Assembly: GCA_040005915.1 (NCBI GenBank)
Contig: JBDTYA010000060.1
Span: 1,510 to 65,509 of the forward strand
Direction: 5' to 3'
Source of the DNA: Ilumatobacteraceae bacterium
GTDB lineage: Bacteria > Actinomycetota > Acidimicrobiia > Acidimicrobiales > Ilumatobacteraceae
Length of the DNA stretch: 64,000 bases
Shown: in pieces, positions 63,775 through 64,000 of the stretch
Layout of the letters: every line of letters starts with the position of its first letter
Numbering within the stretch: the first letter of the stretch is position 1
The notes under the pieces: model-generated
Told to the model about the DNA's origin: nothing
Seen by the model: only the letters and a program-made list of their open reading frames with translations
The model's database searches: none
Made by a program: the position numbers and the translations under genes

Positions 63775-64000
63775 CCGACACTCCGCTGACCGAGGATCCA
63801 CGTCCCGACGGGCTGTCTCGCGTCGGTTCACTGCTGCTCGTCAACACCGGCGACGGCAAGGGCAAGAGCAGCGCGGCGTTCGGCGTCATGCTCCGTTCGG
63901 TGGCGATGGGCTGGCCGGTGGTTGTCCTGCAGTTCGTCAAGAGCGGCGAGTGGAAGGTCGGCGAGGAGAAGATCGGCCGGCAGCTCGGCGTCGAATGGCA
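63771..64000 (+). CDS. cobO: cob(I)yrinic acid a,c-diamide adenosyltransferase (CobO/BtuR type); the 3' end runs off the window
   Basis: Absent from the track because it is open-ended. Hand translation gives MTDTPLTEDPRPDGLSRVGSLLLVNTGDGKGKSSAAFGVMLRSVAMGWPVVVLQFVKSGEWKVGEE, with a P-loop-like TGDGKGKSSAA. The ATG overlaps the zwf stop (ATGA). Confidence 0.75.
   Translation, partial: MTDTPLTEDPRPDGLSRVGSLLLVNTGDGKGKSSAAFGVMLRSVAMGWPVVVLQFVKSGEWKVGEEKIGRQLGVEW

Noticed and set aside
1-64000. Search for CRISPR arrays, IS elements, integrases, prophage genes, rRNA, and additional tRNA or tmRNA genes
   Set aside because: No transposase- or integrase-like ORFs, no regularly spaced repeats, no terminal inverted repeats flanking a composition shift, and no further tRNA-like T-loop/acceptor signatures were seen. 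Only the tRNA-Ala at 22149-22221 is supported.

Overview
The window is a GC-rich, gene-dense chromosomal segment that looks actinobacterial. Supporting markers are a mycothiol-type DinB/MDMPI enzyme, LLM-class oxidoreductases, a HisN-type histidinol phosphatase, a SepX/GlpR-like membrane protein, a Ruc/FmdB-like protein behind a CIRCE element, and frequent GTG starts with ATGA/GTGA gene overlaps. I support about 64 protein-coding genes, one tRNA-Ala(CGC), one TPP riboswitch, one CIRCE-like operator, one four-site operator array and two strong bidirectional terminator hairpins. I found no transposase, integrase, prophage, CRISPR array or rRNA. Many of the long ORFs in the supplied track are antisense or alternate-frame shadows typical of high-GC DNA, and several real genes start well inside the listed ORF; corrected starts are given.

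Content runs in this order:
- Phosphohexomutase, adenosine kinase, pepN and an acyl-CoA ligase.
- A His-motif membrane protein coupled to a cyclophilin-like protein, an L,D-transpeptidase-like gene, and an RHH/DUF4097 pair.
- A PaaX-linked oxidative/acyl-CoA cluster (10.9-21.2 kb).
- tRNA-Ala, then a molybdenum-cofactor/galU block (22.3-28.2 kb) syntenic with the mycobacterial galU-moeA1 region, followed by uppP and tldD/pmbA.
- A TPP enzyme, two orphan genes and a roughly 1010-aa P-loop NTPase with a C-terminal class III cyclase domain.
- dxs; a TPP-riboswitch-controlled thiamine salvage operon; an orphan cluster around a patatin-like phospholipase; copCD; gnd-zwf-cobO.

The candidates for something undescribed are all hypotheses that need database and structure searches I cannot run:
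1. The NTPase-cyclase with reversed domain order plus two coupled orphan genes (36.6-41.2 kb).
2. The cluster of a WXG-like small protein, a 309-aa orphan, a patatin-like lipase and a 207-aa orphan (56.3-59.0 kb).
3. The His-motif membrane protein paired with a degenerate membrane-anchored cyclophilin-like protein (6.6-8.7 kb).
4. A cysteine-free Ruc/FmdB zinc-ribbon homolog that still sits behind a CIRCE-like element (28.2-28.7 kb).
5. The RHH/DUF4097 operon with a four-site 9-mer operator and a possible coupled leader ORF (9.4-10.9 kb).
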